64,000 nt of DNA from the human T2T-CHM13v2.0 reference genome, Homo sapiens (GCF_009914755.1 NC_060928.1); one strand, 5' to 3'. Positions 43,226 to 57,199 are shown, counted from the stretch's first letter. Translations and numbers: made by a program. The notes: generated by a model not told the origin, from the letters alone.

Positions 43226-43294
43226 CTATCCAGAGAGAAAAAAAATTATTAAGAAAAAAAATTAAAGACCTAGAATGCATGCATGTCTTTTTAA

Positions 43295-43648
<354 letters not shown>

Positions 43649-44619
43649 TAATGCTTGTTTATGTGTTGATCATGTACTAAATGTGCGTCAACTCAGAGTA
43701 AGGCTAGAAAACTTCAGGTGTCTGAAATTTTTTAAAAATGAAGACTTTCAAGGAACAAGAAAACACAATGCTTATTTTCACAGTGGCCTGATTCTTTCCT
43801 GTGTTCAACTTGGTTCTTTCCCACATTTAGCTCTCTTTTCAGTATTATCCGACTGTGAGGAGGCACCCATCACCAATGAGGCTTGATCTTTCTCCCACGA
43901 ATGATCATGTTAATTATGGGACTTGGTGGCCTTAGATGAAGCCCAGTGGACAAACTGCACCAAAATGGGCCATCAAGTAGTGTTAGGCTACAACATGTGA
44001 AGGGAACAAAAATAAGAAGACAGGAGAGAAGAAAGTGATTTTTGTCTTAAAATTTTGAAAAAAATAGCTTATGTTGCTCAAGACAGATTTCATTAAGTAC
44101 AAATAGTCTTGAAGCCCAATATTCATTTCTATCATTAAGTAAACATAAAATTAAGGTTCAGTAACATTTACTCAGCAGAGACTTTCTCAGTCATTATAAT
44201 TCTGTTTCCTAATTTGTCAAAAAGGGATAATAATATCTACCTCTTAGAGTTGTGTGAGTTAAATAATATTGATAAAGAGCTTACACTGTCTAGCATAAAG
44301 AAAATCCACAAAACTGGCAGCAATTTTTAAATCACTACCATGATTGTACTCTTCTCATCATGCTTTACCAGGAGCTGGGCATATGACTGACAGCTGTCTT
44401 TTAATTAGCAATATCATATGATTACAAATGCCTTCACTTTTAGCTCACATTTGTAATGCACTGCACTACAACGTAGTGTATCTTGATGTACTCATCCTAT
44501 CCTCCAATCTCCAACTTTCAAATCCCTCTCTTCACTTCCCAATCAAGCTGGAAAAGAGGCTTTTTTTTTAAGAACTAAAAGAAATTTATTTACAAAACAT
44601 ATTGTTTGTCTTTACTTCT

Positions 44620-46070
44620 CAGAGCCCATTTCTTCCTCAGTCCCCTACAATATAGCTTATACCACGCTACTCTGCTGAAGATGTTTTTGCTAGAAAATCA
44701 GTGAGCTTCTATTTGTTATGTACAATGATCACTTTTCAGTCCTTTCCACACTCTCTGCTGTTTGACCCTATTGGTAGTCCCTGCTGTGACTTCCTGGAAT
44801 CTGGCTCAGATTTTCTCCTAAAAGGAGCCCACTAAATAAACTGAATCATGTGCCTACTGGCCATTACCTGTTGACATGGCCTAAACCAAATTTCTTGTCT
44901 TCCCCCTAAGACAGCTTCTATACATCCTCTCTCAATAAAGGGTATCTTTAAACAGAAACTTGGAAGTCATCTCATATTTCTACCTGTCCCTTATGCCTTA
45001 CTTCTATTTGTTCACCAAGTCAATTCAATTATACTTTCTCAATCTTTCTGATTGACATCTCTTTTTCCCTATTGCCAGTGTTTTAGGGCATACCCTGATC
45101 ATTTCTTGCTTTCTAACTTACCTCTTTCTTACTCCTTTTACATATATACTCTATCTGCTGCCAAAGTGATCTTTTGAAAATGTAAATTGTTTATGCCACT
45201 CCCTTGCTTAATATTTTTACAATGACTTCCCACCACTGTAAGGATAAAATCCAAACTCCTTAGCACCGCCTGCAAGGCCTTCTGTCATCTGGCTCCCTCC
45301 TGTCTCTGTGGCTTCACCCCTCCTTCCTCACCAACATGTCCTCCCTGTGCTATGTTCACTCGACTCCTCACTGAGTCTTTGCACATGACCTTCACTCTAC
45401 TTGGAAGCTCCTTTCTCACCCCTTTGCCTGGAGTACTCCTGCTGGCCCTTCCAGAATTGATCCAGACGTTAATTCTTCAGGAAAATCTCACGGACCATAC
45501 CTCCATGGCTAGCTTAAGTAGTTCTGTTTAATATAGCCACCATCTTGTAATTACAGTTAGTCATGTGCTGCATACATGATGGTGGTCCCGTAAGATTAGA
45601 ACAGAGCTGAAAAATTCCTATCACCTAGTGACATCCCAGCCCCATAAGACTGTAGTGTAATGCATTACCTTTTCTATTTTTAGGTACACAAACACTTAAC
45701 TTTATGTAACAATTGCCTGTAGTATTCAATACCAACATGCTGCACAGGTTTGTAGCCTAGGAGCAATAGATTATACCATATAGCCTAGGTGTGGCTATGC
45801 CATCTAGGTTTGTGTAAGTGCTCTCTGTGATGTTCATTCAACAACCAATTTGCCTCCTAACTCATTTCTGAGAATGTATCCCCATCGTTAAGTGAAGTAG
45901 GACTGTATTGTAATACAGCATGTATCATGGAATATAGTCATCTATTCACTTCTCCCCACACAACCCATACTCTCAACTGTAAGCTCTGTCTAGAGACACA
46001 TCTGCCATCTAAACATCTAACATAGTTACTGGCACATGGCAGTTCAATAAAGCCTACTAAATAAACTGAA
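44620..46070 (+). mobile_element. Fragmented L2 LINE interrupted by a Tigger MITE
   Basis: 'aggataaaatccaaactccttagc...aaggccttc' L2 motifs; degenerate 3' end near 46045-46070. Confidence 0.6.
45554..45905. mobile_element. TcMar-Tigger MITE (Tigger3/MER7-like)
   Basis: 'agtcatgtgctgcata...ggtggtcccgtaagatta...gctgaaaaattcctatcacctagtgac' with terminal 'gactg|ta'. Confidence 0.8.
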
Positions 46071-46574
46071 TCTATATAACATAGAACACTGCCAACATAT
46101 ATCCTATTAATTTGGTGCCCAAAGTCCACAACAATTGGTAGAACAGTCAATCTGTGAAGAAAACCACCTGAACGGGCAGCTTTACCTCCTTTGTGTTTCC
46201 TCTCTTGCTACATCTATAAATAAAAAAATGCAGTTTTGATCTAGTAACATCCAGACTTTATCTTCACTTTGAAAGTACTTGTGTGGATAAGTATAACTTA
46301 TATATTTGTATAGACAACATTTATAAATTATCCCATAAAATTATAGTATTGAAGGTTACTCACAGCAGAAATGATGAAATCTACAAGGTGGATTTCACTT
46401 AATGTATTCATTGTGCCATCAGCACATCTTCTCTCTGGCTTGTCTACTCCACATGAAAGTGCCTCTGATGTTGATTAGCTGTGTGATTTTGTGCATGTTA
46501 CTTAACTACCCTGATATTCGGCTAACACTTTTTACTCACAGCAGTGTTGTGCGGTTTGAATGATGGGCAGAATC

Positions 46575-46820
46575 ATATGAGAAGTGCAGAAGGCAGTAGA
46601 GAACAGGGTTAGGAGCCTGGAGTCCGAGGCCAGACTGCCTGGGTTTGAACCCTGGCTCTGCCCCCTCCCAGCTGTGTGACCTTGGGCAAGTGATGAATCT
46701 GCTCTGTGTTCAGTTTTCCCATCTGCCAAGGGATAATGGTACTAATACCCTTCCAGTTATAATGTATCTGAAGCACTTAGAACAATGTCTGGTTCATAGT
46801 TAAGCCCTCAAATAAATGCT
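46575..46820 (+). mobile_element. MIR SINE
   Basis: 'ctgggtttgaaccctggctctgcc...gctgtgtgaccttgggcaagt...cagttttcccatctg' MIR core. Confidence 0.8.
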
Positions 46821-47485
46821 ACCTAAAGTGACAGGAATTCTTAGAGTGCACTGGCACTCAGGAAATATGTTTCCTTTTCTTTTTCCCCTAAACAAACTCC
46901 CTGCAGCATTCGTCCACTTTTTCTGCTCTGGTCTTTCCTGGACCTGATGAGGAACCTCTTAAGAGGAAATATGTCTTTTCCTGTCCTTTCAACTCTCTTC
47001 ACAAAGTCTGGCTTTCTTTGCTTCAAACAGAAGGCTTTGAACTTTGTTGCATACACAAATGATGAGGGAAGCTTGTGGAAAGACACTCTGGTCTCTAGCC
47101 TGAGGATTCAGACTCAGAGGACCATGGTAGTCCTCGTTTGGATTTCTGACAAGCTCCATAGATGTTTCTGATATACTTCCCTCTTTGGAGAACTTTAAGT
47201 TAAACATTTTTCTGTAGCCCACCCATATTCTCCAGATGGAGATCCAAACTGGGCACAAAACTTCCATGACTGGGTGACCTTTACAAGTATATATCTGCAT
47301 CTAAAAAATCGATTTTGCATACTTTTTTCTATGAACAATGAGCTAATGTTTGGGGAAGGGAGAGTTCAAATATGAATGTTTTCTCGCCAATTTGTTATGA
47401 AAACCACTCCTCTGTGTGTTACACTTTTTGGAACAGAGCGGAGCCCAAGGCTTTTCTGCCCCTCCCAGGAACGCTCACGGCTTAC

Positions 47486-47684
47486 TTTCTTTCCCTGCGG
47501 TGAGGAACTCCTGGACCGTGTCGTAGAGGCCGATCCTGAGAGAGGCGGAGCTGATTTGCCGCTGAAGCCCCGCAGGCAGCCCGCTGTAGAGTTTCATCCG
47601 CCCTTCTGTTTTTACCACAGCGGTGATTGTTCCCAGGACACCTTTATACCTAATAACACTGGACGTCGGGCATTCACCTTGGAC
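47486..47684 (-). CDS. UCP1: UCP1 exon 2
   Basis: [66 protein letters not shown]; 199 nt; AG/GT flanks. Confidence 0.97.
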
Positions 47685-47813
47685 CTGGAAATAAGAAAGG
47701 TGCAGAACAGAAGGGAGCGAAATTGAGTTCACTCTTAAGCCAAGATTTCCCCCTGTGTTCCTATTTTCCGTTTCTTTTCTCAGCAACATTCCTCTTCCAT
47801 CCACCTCCCTCTA

Positions 47814-47815
<2 letters not shown>

Positions 47816-47857
<42 letters not shown>
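47816..47857. repeat. (GT)n microsatellite in UCP1 intron 1
   Basis: About 21 uninterrupted GT units. Confidence 0.95.
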
Positions 47858-47858
<1 letters not shown>

Positions 47859-48299
47859 CGCTCACGCGCAGATGGAGGGAGGCTGGCTACAATGCACATT
47901 TTGAATATCCCCCTCCCCAGGAACTCTCCAGAACCCCTAGGGCAGTAGGATAGGACAGAACCCCCGAAGAATCAAAGAAAGGAAAAAGCACCTGACTAGT
48001 AAACTCAGGAGAGGCCAATATTCTCAGCTCTTAAAATACTAAGTGCACCCTAAATTTTGGGAGAATTTGGTAGTAGTCATGGTCAACCCATTCTCTGTGG
48101 CCCTGGTGGTTCTTCAGCTAATCCCAGAAAAAGTTCCAGTTTCCCATCCTAAAGCACCAGCCCTGGGACAAGGCCAGACTGCTTTGGAAGGTCACCTACC
48201 CTACCTAGAAACAGTGGTTACACCAAAGCAGAGAATAAATGGAATGCACGCAACAGCGTCCCCTCTGTCCTGAGACCCCTTGTCTTACCCCTCTGCCTA

Positions 48300-48960
48300 G
48301 CTACCTGGAGCCGGACTTTGGCCGTGTCCAGCGGGAAGGTGATCACGTCCGCCAAGCACGCCGCTATTCCAGCTGAGAAGAGCTGGACCCCCAGGGTCGG
48401 GTGTACGTCCGAGGCTGTCAGGCCCCCCATCTTCACTCAGAGACTGGAGATGCAGAGGAAAAGGGCTCCAGCCCCGAAGGTGGAGGAAGTTCCTTTCCCT
48501 TGCTCTTCACGCCTGTCCGCCGGGCAGCAAACCCGATTTCTGTTTTTTGAACCGACCGCCGGGCAGCGGCGGTGCAGAGGCGGCGGCTGCAGACGGAGCG
48601 CGGTGTTGGGGGCCGAGTCCCCGCGTCCCCTCCTACCCACCCTCGCGCCAGCAGGACCCTCTGCGTTCCGGTCTTCCGCTGGGACTTATATAGCTGGGCC
48701 GCTCCCGGGCTGGGCCGCGCGAGGTCTCAGAAGACCCGGGCGTGGGACCTGCCGGGGGCGTGTCCGGGAGCACCGGGTCCCTCCCATTCCCATTCTCGCT
48801 CGGTGCCTCGGGAGCCCTGCTTCGCTCCCCGAAAGCCCTGGGCCGGCCGCTGGTTGTCTGCGCCCCGCACACCGCACGTCGGAGGGAGGGCGCACCGCGG
48901 CGGTCAGCACCCGCGCCCCCGCACGTGCCTCACCTTCTGTCACCCTTTGGCTGCACACCT
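48300..48960 (-). promoter_or_regulatory. UCP1: UCP1 CpG island and core promoter with TATA box (TATATAA 48692-48686); TSS approx 48660
   Basis: GC/CpG-rich block over exon 1; TATA ~260 nt upstream of ATG. Confidence 0.88.
48305..48430 (-). CDS. UCP1: UCP1 (mitochondrial brown-fat uncoupling protein 1, SLC25A7) coding exon 1
   Basis: AAGATGG Kozak; [42 protein letters not shown]; donor CAG|GTAG; 126 nt. Confidence 0.98.
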
Positions 48961-51119
48961 TCGGCTGGGGCTTTCGGAAACCAGCACGATATCAGAGCCT
49001 TGGTGAAAGGTTCTGCCTAGCTGGAGCTCTCCCAGAAGGAAGAGCGGGGCACTCTTCCATTCCTCCAACTCCCCAGACATCTTGCAGGCACCTTGCGGCC
49101 TTCTCTGCTTCCCTTTCCTCTCCTTTAAACTTCTCATCCTCCTTCCTCCGGATTCCTTCTCTTCCCACTACCAAATTCAGACTTGGAAGAATCCCACACA
49201 GGAACCAAGAGCACTCTGAACTTGTCAAAAAGAGCGTTTCGTTTCATCACTTTTTGAGAGAAGATGTCAAACGAGACAATAGACACACTAGAAAGCAAAT
49301 AGTACATTGCTAAAGCACCGTACAAAATGAGATACCACCTGTTCCTTCTAATTAGATTTCTTAGAGGGTGCAGTGGAAAGGACAGGGCAGGTTGCTTGGC
49401 TCCAGGTGCAGCTCTCCAGCTTACCAACTCTGTGAACCTGGGAAAGTCATCTGTACTCCAGCTTTTATTTTCAACAGTGTAAAATGTGGTTCCAGAGCTA
49501 GCCCAGGTCTGAAATCTCCCTGCTAACTTACCTATAATGATGTAATATGTGTTGGTTGTGTGGCCTTTCCTAGTTCGATCTTTGTGCAAATTTTATTTTC
49601 AATGTTTATTCTTGTGAAAACTTAAGAAAACAAAAAACTTTTAAAAAAAACAGTGGGAAATAATAGGAAACTGGAGAAAGAGGGAAATGGACAAGGTCAG
49701 GTCCCAGCTTTCAGAACCTCTCAGTTAAGCCAAAGATGGATTTGATATTACCAGAATCCACGTCCAGCTATTTAGGGCCTCTGGTACTCAACCCTGACTT
49801 AAGCCCCCCAAAAGAGTCAGTGGAAGTCAGAGTCATCTCCTCCAGGAGCAGGAGAAATAAGACATGAATAAAGAATAATCTCCAAACCCTCTATAAGTAA
49901 AGGTTGTGTACTGTGCAAGAAGCCAGTCCTAAGGCACTTCCAAGGGAGGTCAGGCTTGCAGAGCTTCCCTGAAAAAGGCAATGTTGACCTGACGGGTAGC
50001 CTCTGAAAAAAAATAGAAAGGAGAAGGAGCCAGCGAGGTTTCTCCTCTGCAAACACTTGTTGAAATAAAGATCAACTGAGGCAAATAAGTGGCATGCATA
50101 CAGGCAAAGATGTTGGGGAAAGCAAGTCGCGTATATAGAATGCATTCTGTTGGCCTGACTGACTGGGAAATTGGGTGATGGGGAAGAAAGAGAGAGGTAG
50201 GGCAAGAAGTTGGTGAGGGATGAGGCTGTAGAAGCCAAATGAGAAGCAGAGCCTGCAAATCCATTATGAGTGTAGCTTCATGTTATCACCTGTGTAGTGC
50301 TTTACAGACTATGAAGTGCTCTCACATAAATGTCAGATTTAATTTGATAGACAATACAGCTTTATGAATGATTAGATGTGGAGTCAAAGATTACTCTATG
50401 TTTAAGAACATGGGTTGCAAGCTCAGTGACAGTACCAATGATTGTCATGAGGCAGTTGGTAAGGGGGGTGATTTTAGGGGTAAGAAGATTAAACCAATTT
50501 TTAAAGTCTTAGAATTATTTGGAGAGAATACTGTTGATATCCAGATAGAGAGCTTAGGAAGCTGCATTTAACATGCTAAAAGAGGAAGAAATAGAGGAGG
50601 TATTTGGTAGTCATGATATGGATGCAATGAAAGGGGCATGCTTTTCACGGGAAAATGGGGCTAGTCAAATAGGACTAGGAAAAGAATTCAAGGGCCAAAC
50701 CATAGGGGGACCCAGACCCAGAGTTATAGTCTGGAAAGAATGGCTTTGTCAAAGGTAGAGTGAGAACAAGAAACAGTAACATATCCAGTGATAGAACTGG
50801 TATTTAAGAATATGATTAAAGAAAGATTGGGTCTGACCAGTGTCAAGTTTAGAAAAAATGTCAGGAGGACAAAAACAAAGAAAAACCTACCGGATTTGAC
50901 TCTAACATTGTTGGTGATCTTAGGGAGTACAACTATGATGGAGTTGTTATGTTGTGAGGCTGATGGCTAAGCAGTGGTTAAGAATGTTGGTATAGTATGA
51001 CTAAAGTGTACAAGAGGAGACCTTATTCCTTGTTGACTCTAGTGAACCTCTGCTATCAACAGGTTAATTCCCAGTCCTCACCCCAAAGCTACCCATGAAT
51101 CTTTCTCAGTGGTTCTGTC

Positions 51120-51609
51120 TGTAGTAGTTTTAAAACATAATTGCAAATCCATCACATTCCTCCCATCAAAAGATGAGGGTACATATGCCTTCCCCTTGCA
51201 TCTGGCAGGCTTATGAATGTTTTGACCAATAGAATAATACAGAACTGATGCCATGTGGCTTCTGAGACCAGATTATAAAAGTCCTTGTATCTTCTGCTTT
51301 ACTCACTGCAACATTTGCTCTTGGAGCCCTGGGCCAGCATGTAAGAAAGCAAACTTCTCTGAGGCTGTTCATGCTGGAGAGGCCCCACATCATCATCCCT
51401 CTTTACCAAGGCACCAGGCACCAGAGTACAGCTATCTTGGACCCTCCAGATAAGCCTACCTGACAGTTGAATACCACCAAGTGATCTCCTATGATGTCAG
51501 TAAAGCAGAAGAATCGCCTAGCTGAGCCCAGTCTAAATTCCTGATCCATAAAATTGTGAGATATAATAAAATAATTATTGTATTAAGGTAGCAAAAGATA
51601 ACTGTAACA
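51120..51609 (+). mobile_element. MaLR LTR (MLT1G/H-like)
   Basis: TG...CA ends; 'ttgaccaatagaat', 'aaattcctgatccataaaattgtgagatataataaa', 'agataactgtaaca'. Confidence 0.75.
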
Positions 51610-52134
51610 GCACCTTTACTTGTTTGAGCAGTTGGGAGGGGCATGCATTCTCTCTTTGCCCCATCCTACTTTCACAACGAGGAAGGAGTTCAAGGCAGTG
51701 GGTGGGTAAAGAGTTTTAGATTTGGACTATAAGAAGAAGCCACAATACATTTGTAAAGAAGAAGCAAGGTAAATTAAAATTGTCTTTTTTTCCCCATAAG
51801 GCACATGTTTGCATGTTTTAAAGCCAGAGTATGACAAACTAGAGGAGAAAGTGAGAGGAAAACTATGATAAGGGAAGGAAATGTGAGAAATAAATAAATC
51901 TATTAGAAATAAGAAAGGTTGTTATCCAAAACAGGTAAGGATAGGTAGGGAGAGAGGACCTGTGACAGGATAAAGGGGCTGCCTTATTTAAACCTGGAAG
52001 GAAGAACGACAGTATAAGCTTCCAGGATATTAATATCAGGCTAACATGGACAGTTAAGAGCCTTTGCCAGGAGATAGTATGACTGTAGTTCAATGGTGAC
52101 TGAGCACCTGGGATGTGCTAGACACAAGAGTGAC

Positions 52135-52520
52135 TTCTAAGGGTCACAGGAGAAGCTGACGTCAAAAACTTCACACAAGGGGACCCTGAGAGGTCACAGA
52201 AGTTCAAGATTCTGAAAGTAGTTCTGGATTCCAAGGAGCAGGCTGGCTTCACCACTTCTGACAGGCTCTGGGAAGTAGGAGAAAGTTTGCCTCAGGTTGG
52301 AGAGAGCAGTAGGGGAGAGGGTGGTATCCCCAAAGGGTCAGATTTCTACTCTTCTGGCACAAAGAAGAAGCAGAGAGGTAAAGAATAGGTCAGTATGAGC
52401 AAGGGCAACTGACCCTTTATGACGTAGCAAAGGAGTGGCAGCAAGTTCTGAATGTAACAAATTCTCCTTTCCTTTTTGAAAATGTAGAACACATTAACAA
52501 ATGCACTTGATCAAACTGTG
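52135..52520 (-). promoter_or_regulatory. UCP1: UCP1 distal brown-fat enhancer (~-3.5 to -3.85 kb)
   Basis: Perfect CRE TGACGTCA 52157-52164; DR4 AGGTCA-caga-AGTTCA 52191-52206; half-site cluster AGGTCA 52387, TGAGCA-A-GGGCAA 52396-52408, TGACCC 52410, half-CRE TGACGT 52420; BclI TGATCA 52508-52513; position matches the established enhancer. Confidence 0.88.
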
Positions 52521-53005
52521 GTCAATCAGAAATCGCTGCACAAAATGTCTTCCTATTAAATAAAAATCATACAGTGCTTTGCATTTGAATAGTGTTCTAT
52601 ACTTTCCCATAATTCTCTCATTAGCCACCACTGGGAAATACCCTGTTATAATTATACAGATAAATGTGCAAATGACAGAAGAATCAATTTCTAAAAGAAG
52701 AAATACAAACTTTTATAATGGGAGAGAGGATATATTTATTATCACTAATAAAAAAGCATATACTTCACCTAATAAATTAATACTTTGTCACTACCAAAGT
52801 TATAATTACTATAACATTTATATATAATATACATTTACATTAATATTATAAATAGTAATAAATTATGAATGTTATAATTACAAATTATGAATTTTAAAAT
52901 GTAATAACCATAATATCAATACTATATTAGTGATGGTGTTATACATTGACACAATTTTTTTGGAAAACAATTTGGCAGTATACACTGAGCCAAGAGAAAG
53001 TCTAT

Positions 53006-53321
53006 TTTTTTCTTTTCTTTTTCTTTTTTTTTTTGAAACAGAGTCTAGCTGTGTCACCCAGGCTGGAGTACGGTGGCACAATCTCAGCTCACCGCAACCT
53101 CCACCTCCCTCCCGGGTTCAAGCGATTCTTGTGTCTTAGCCTCCCAAGTAGCTGGGAGTACAGGCATGTGCCACTATGCCTGGCTAGTTTTGGAATTTTT
53201 AGTAGAGATGGGGTTTCGCTGTGTTGGCCCAGGCTGATCTCAAACTCCTGGCCTCAAGTGATCCGCCTGCCTCTGCCTCCCAAAGTGCTGGGATTACAGG
53301 CATGAACCATCACACCCAGCC
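53006..53321 (-). mobile_element. Alu (S-type)
   Basis: Alu consensus; imperfect TSD agaa[a/t]gtctat. Confidence 0.92.
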
Positions 53322-55944
53322 AGAATGTCTATATCCACTTCTGGTAACTCCACTTTTGGATTTCTACCCTAAAATAATTAACTAACATATGAAAGAGTCA
53401 TATGTAGGCTAACGCTTATGATAGCTTAATATTTATAACAGCAAATTAGTGAGAATGCCAACCTCAGCTTGGCATCTAGATGTGGGATTGTCGGAGAGCT
53501 GTACAGAATAGTGGTGCTCAAGTGTCTACCATTAGGAACTGATATACAACAGAGAAAGGGGAGTGCTCTTAGGAACAGAGAAAAAGTAGAAAGAGGACAG
53601 GATTGGGTTTTCTTAGTCCAGCCCAATACAAAGAGACAAAGACTATCAAACTCTGCGTTAAGGAGAAAATATTCCATTTCTATGCTGATATAAGTGGTAT
53701 AGCATGGTGATTAAGAGACCAGGAGGCCCATGTTCAAATTCTCACTAAGATAATAACTGACTGGGTAAGCATGGCCAAATTACTTAACTTCTCTGAGCTT
53801 CAGATTATTTACATATGTGATGAATATTCCTGCATCATGAGCCTATTCTTATTAATAAATCACTCTTTATGCTAAGCACCTGATGTACCTAATCCTCATA
53901 ACTCAATGAAAGATTTATTCATGTCATGTATTTAACAAATACATAGCATTGAACAAGTGCCAGACACTATAATATTTTAGGCATTTTACAAAACTTAACA
54001 CAGTTAGTCCTCATTGCGGCCTTTGGAGGCATATATTATTGTTATTCCCACTTCACTGATGAGGAAACTCAGAGGCTCAGAGAAGTTAAATAACTTCTCC
54101 TAGGTCACGGAACCAGTAAATGGTACACTGAGGATCTGCCTGACCCCCTAACTCTCAACTACTACGTGATACCCCAACTGCCTTCCCAATACATTCGCGA
54201 CATGATACTTTCCTATGATTTGAAGACACACAATGGCTATGTATCCTTATATATTTTTTCAATAAGTCATATCAAAAGTTAAAATATCACATGCAACATA
54301 TATCTTTTACTTGATTTGTATATATTACTAAGGAACTTACAAAGATAAAATAAACATTGCAATACTTTTGGTTTAAAAAAGCACTTTTTTTCATCTTCAG
54401 TAGAACCTGGTAGAAGAGACAGGAAAACTGACCTATGAAATTTAGAAAAAAGAGGTGTATGGGGATTGAAGCCCCATGGAAGGACCAGAGAGTGAAAAGG
54501 AGAAAATGACTTACCGAACAGGACATTACTGTTCTCAGATACTTGAAGGCATAGACAGTGGACGGGGTAGATTTGTTCTGTACGCAATTAAGCAAAATAA
54601 TTAGTGCCGAAGAGTGGAAACTACAGGTGGGCAAATTCTAGATAAGTGTAAAAATGGTGATCCAGAGATAGAATGTGATGCTATTTGGGGTAATGAGTTC
54701 TCTATCAATGCAGGTATTATATTTCAGGCAGTTTGATGTAGTATTCATTCAGAGCATTAGATTTATTGTCAGAAAGATATAGATTTGAGTGTGCCATTTG
54801 CTATGTGACCTCAGGCAACTTCTTTAATCTTTTAAAGCTCCTGTTTTCCTGTCTATAAAATGGGGACAGTAATTATTGTTATAGTGATATTGTGAAAATG
54901 CAATTAAAGAATACTTGTAAAGATCTTAGCATGGTAACTAGAGTGGCACCTGGAAAGGGCATAATAAGTGATAGTTATAATTATATTTTCTATTGATACA
55001 GTTTGGATGACCACTTTGTAGGTTGTTGCAGGGAACCAAAAGATTGAACTAAGGGTTTCACTAAAAAACATAAAAAGGCCCTGTACATCCTGAGATCCTA
55101 CAAGTCCATGATTCTGTGACCCACGCTGGGACACAGTTTCTATGCAGGGAGGTGTGGCAGGACTGGCTCCTAGATCCCTTTAGGAACGGTCTGAGGGTGA
55201 AATGGGGACATTCCAGCTAACAATAAGCCTCAAGGCTCCTGGTATGCCGTGACTATAGGGCCCCTGTACAGATGAGGACATGGCTGCCAGGTGAGAGGTC
55301 ACAGCCCAATGACAGGGCCCTCTCCTTCCATTGTCCCTCCTCTTTCTAATCTCCCGGACAAATGGAAATTGCAGAGTGGTGCGTCCTGCCTGGCAGAAAG
55401 GACTTGGTTAAAGGTGAAGAATTGCAGCCCTAGAGTGAATGTGAGGCAGACAGTGGGGGAAGGAGCAAAGATGAACTGAGGTTACATTGGAAGCATTCTT
55501 TGTGATGTCTGTGGTCGTCTGCCTATTTCCAGCACTATGTGGAAGCCAGGGGACAAGCCAGGAGGCCTTCTCAGCCAGTGCCCTGCCTCTATGAACAAAC
55601 CCCTGCAGGCCCTCCTGTGTCCGTCTATTGATCCTGAGTGTCTGGGAAAGATGAAGCTCCCACACCAGGACAAAGAAGGATTTTATTTCATCTACAGCAT
55701 GATGGAACAGGGCAAAATACAGAAAAGAAATCATTACCTTCAACAGTTTTCACTTTGTTGTTTGAGCTATTATACAGTAAGTGAAATGCATTATATGGTG
55801 AGCAGGTAATGGGGAACCTCCCGCAGGGAATTCACACATCTGAGCTGCCCAGGGTGCTTCGTCTGAAGGAAAAGCAGAGGGAGAAAACACCTAGGTGTAC
55901 AAATATATTTGTATGCCTAAAATTCCATAAAAGCTCACTCTTTT

Positions 55945-56248
55945 TTAATTCTTTCTTTCTTTACTTTTTTTTTTTTTTTTTTTTTGATACAGGGTCTTAC
56001 TCTGTTGCCCAGGCGAGTGCAGTGACACAATCAGGGCTCATGTGTTCAAGCGATCCTCCTGCCTCAATCGCCCAGTAGCTGGGCTGGGATTATACACGCA
56101 TCACCACGCCCAGCTAATTTTTGTATTTTTAGTAGAGACAAGGTTTTGCCATGGTGCCAGGCTGGTCTTGAACTCCTGGCCTCAAGTGATCTGCCCACCT
56201 CTGCCTCCCAAAGTGCTGGGGTTACAGGCGTGAGACACCTGCCTGGCC
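55945..56248 (-). mobile_element. Alu (J/S-type) with internal deletion in the right arm
   Basis: TSD aaaagctcactctttt at 55929 and 56249; 'ctcactgcagcctc' segment missing. Confidence 0.9.
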
Positions 56249-57199
56249 AAAAGCTCACTCTTTTACATTTACTCATGTGGTTAAAATTATTACTTGGAAA
56301 CACATATGTGACTTGTTTTAGAATGTCTGAATCTCGGAGACAAAAGAGTAAAGTTTCCTTTCTATTATTTTCCTATGATCTGTAGAATGACCTTATGATC
56401 ACTCTCTTGGAGGGTTTCTTTGCCTTGCTGAATTTCATAATGACGTATAGTACTTGGAGTTTAGTTCACCTTAGAAGCCATCCTTTGGCATGATCTCCAC
56501 CTCATGTTTTTGGATCTTTGTCCTTTTGAGGTGCACCCTTTGTGTTTAGATCCTTTGCCAGAAACATTCTTATTCAAGATTTCTTGGTAAGTGATGAAGG
56601 GGATCAGCCTTTGGGGTATCTATTCATTGGGCAGAGCTGTTCCAACATTCTTGGAGCAATTGTTTATTCAATAAATGTCTAATTCCACACACATGTGTTG
56701 AGCACCCACTGCATACCCTGGGCTAAAGTCTGGAGATACTGACACATTGGTAGATGATTATGATATAACATGGCAAATAAAATGTTAAAGATGTCTCCAG
56801 GTGAATCGGGATTAGACAAGAAGAGTTTCTGGCCCTGGCTGTGGGCATCTGGGGGGCTTCCCAAAGAAGGTGCAAAGGGATCCGAATCTTGAAGAGTGAG
56901 AAGGAGTTACCCAGACAAGAGACGAGGGCATGGGAAGTGGGAGTGAGGTCATGCCAGACAGATGAGACTGCACAGCCAAGACAAGGAGTCAAGGAACACC
57001 ATGGTAAGTTTGGATAAAAAAAACTCATTGGTATTTCTGGACCATAAAAGGCAAGGCAGGGGAAAGCAAAAGACTGGACTTGAGCCTGAGGAGGCAGAGC
57101 AAATCCAGGGGCTTTGATCCTCCTATCTCATAAATAATGAGGAGATTTTAAATCAGGAAGTGACAAAGGTAATTTTATGTTTTAGATAGATCTGAGTGG

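Noticed and set aside
48431-48436. Extended UCP1 N-terminus 'MKM' in the ORF track
   Set aside because: Upstream codon is GTG called as an alternative start; the ATG at 48430 has strong Kozak context
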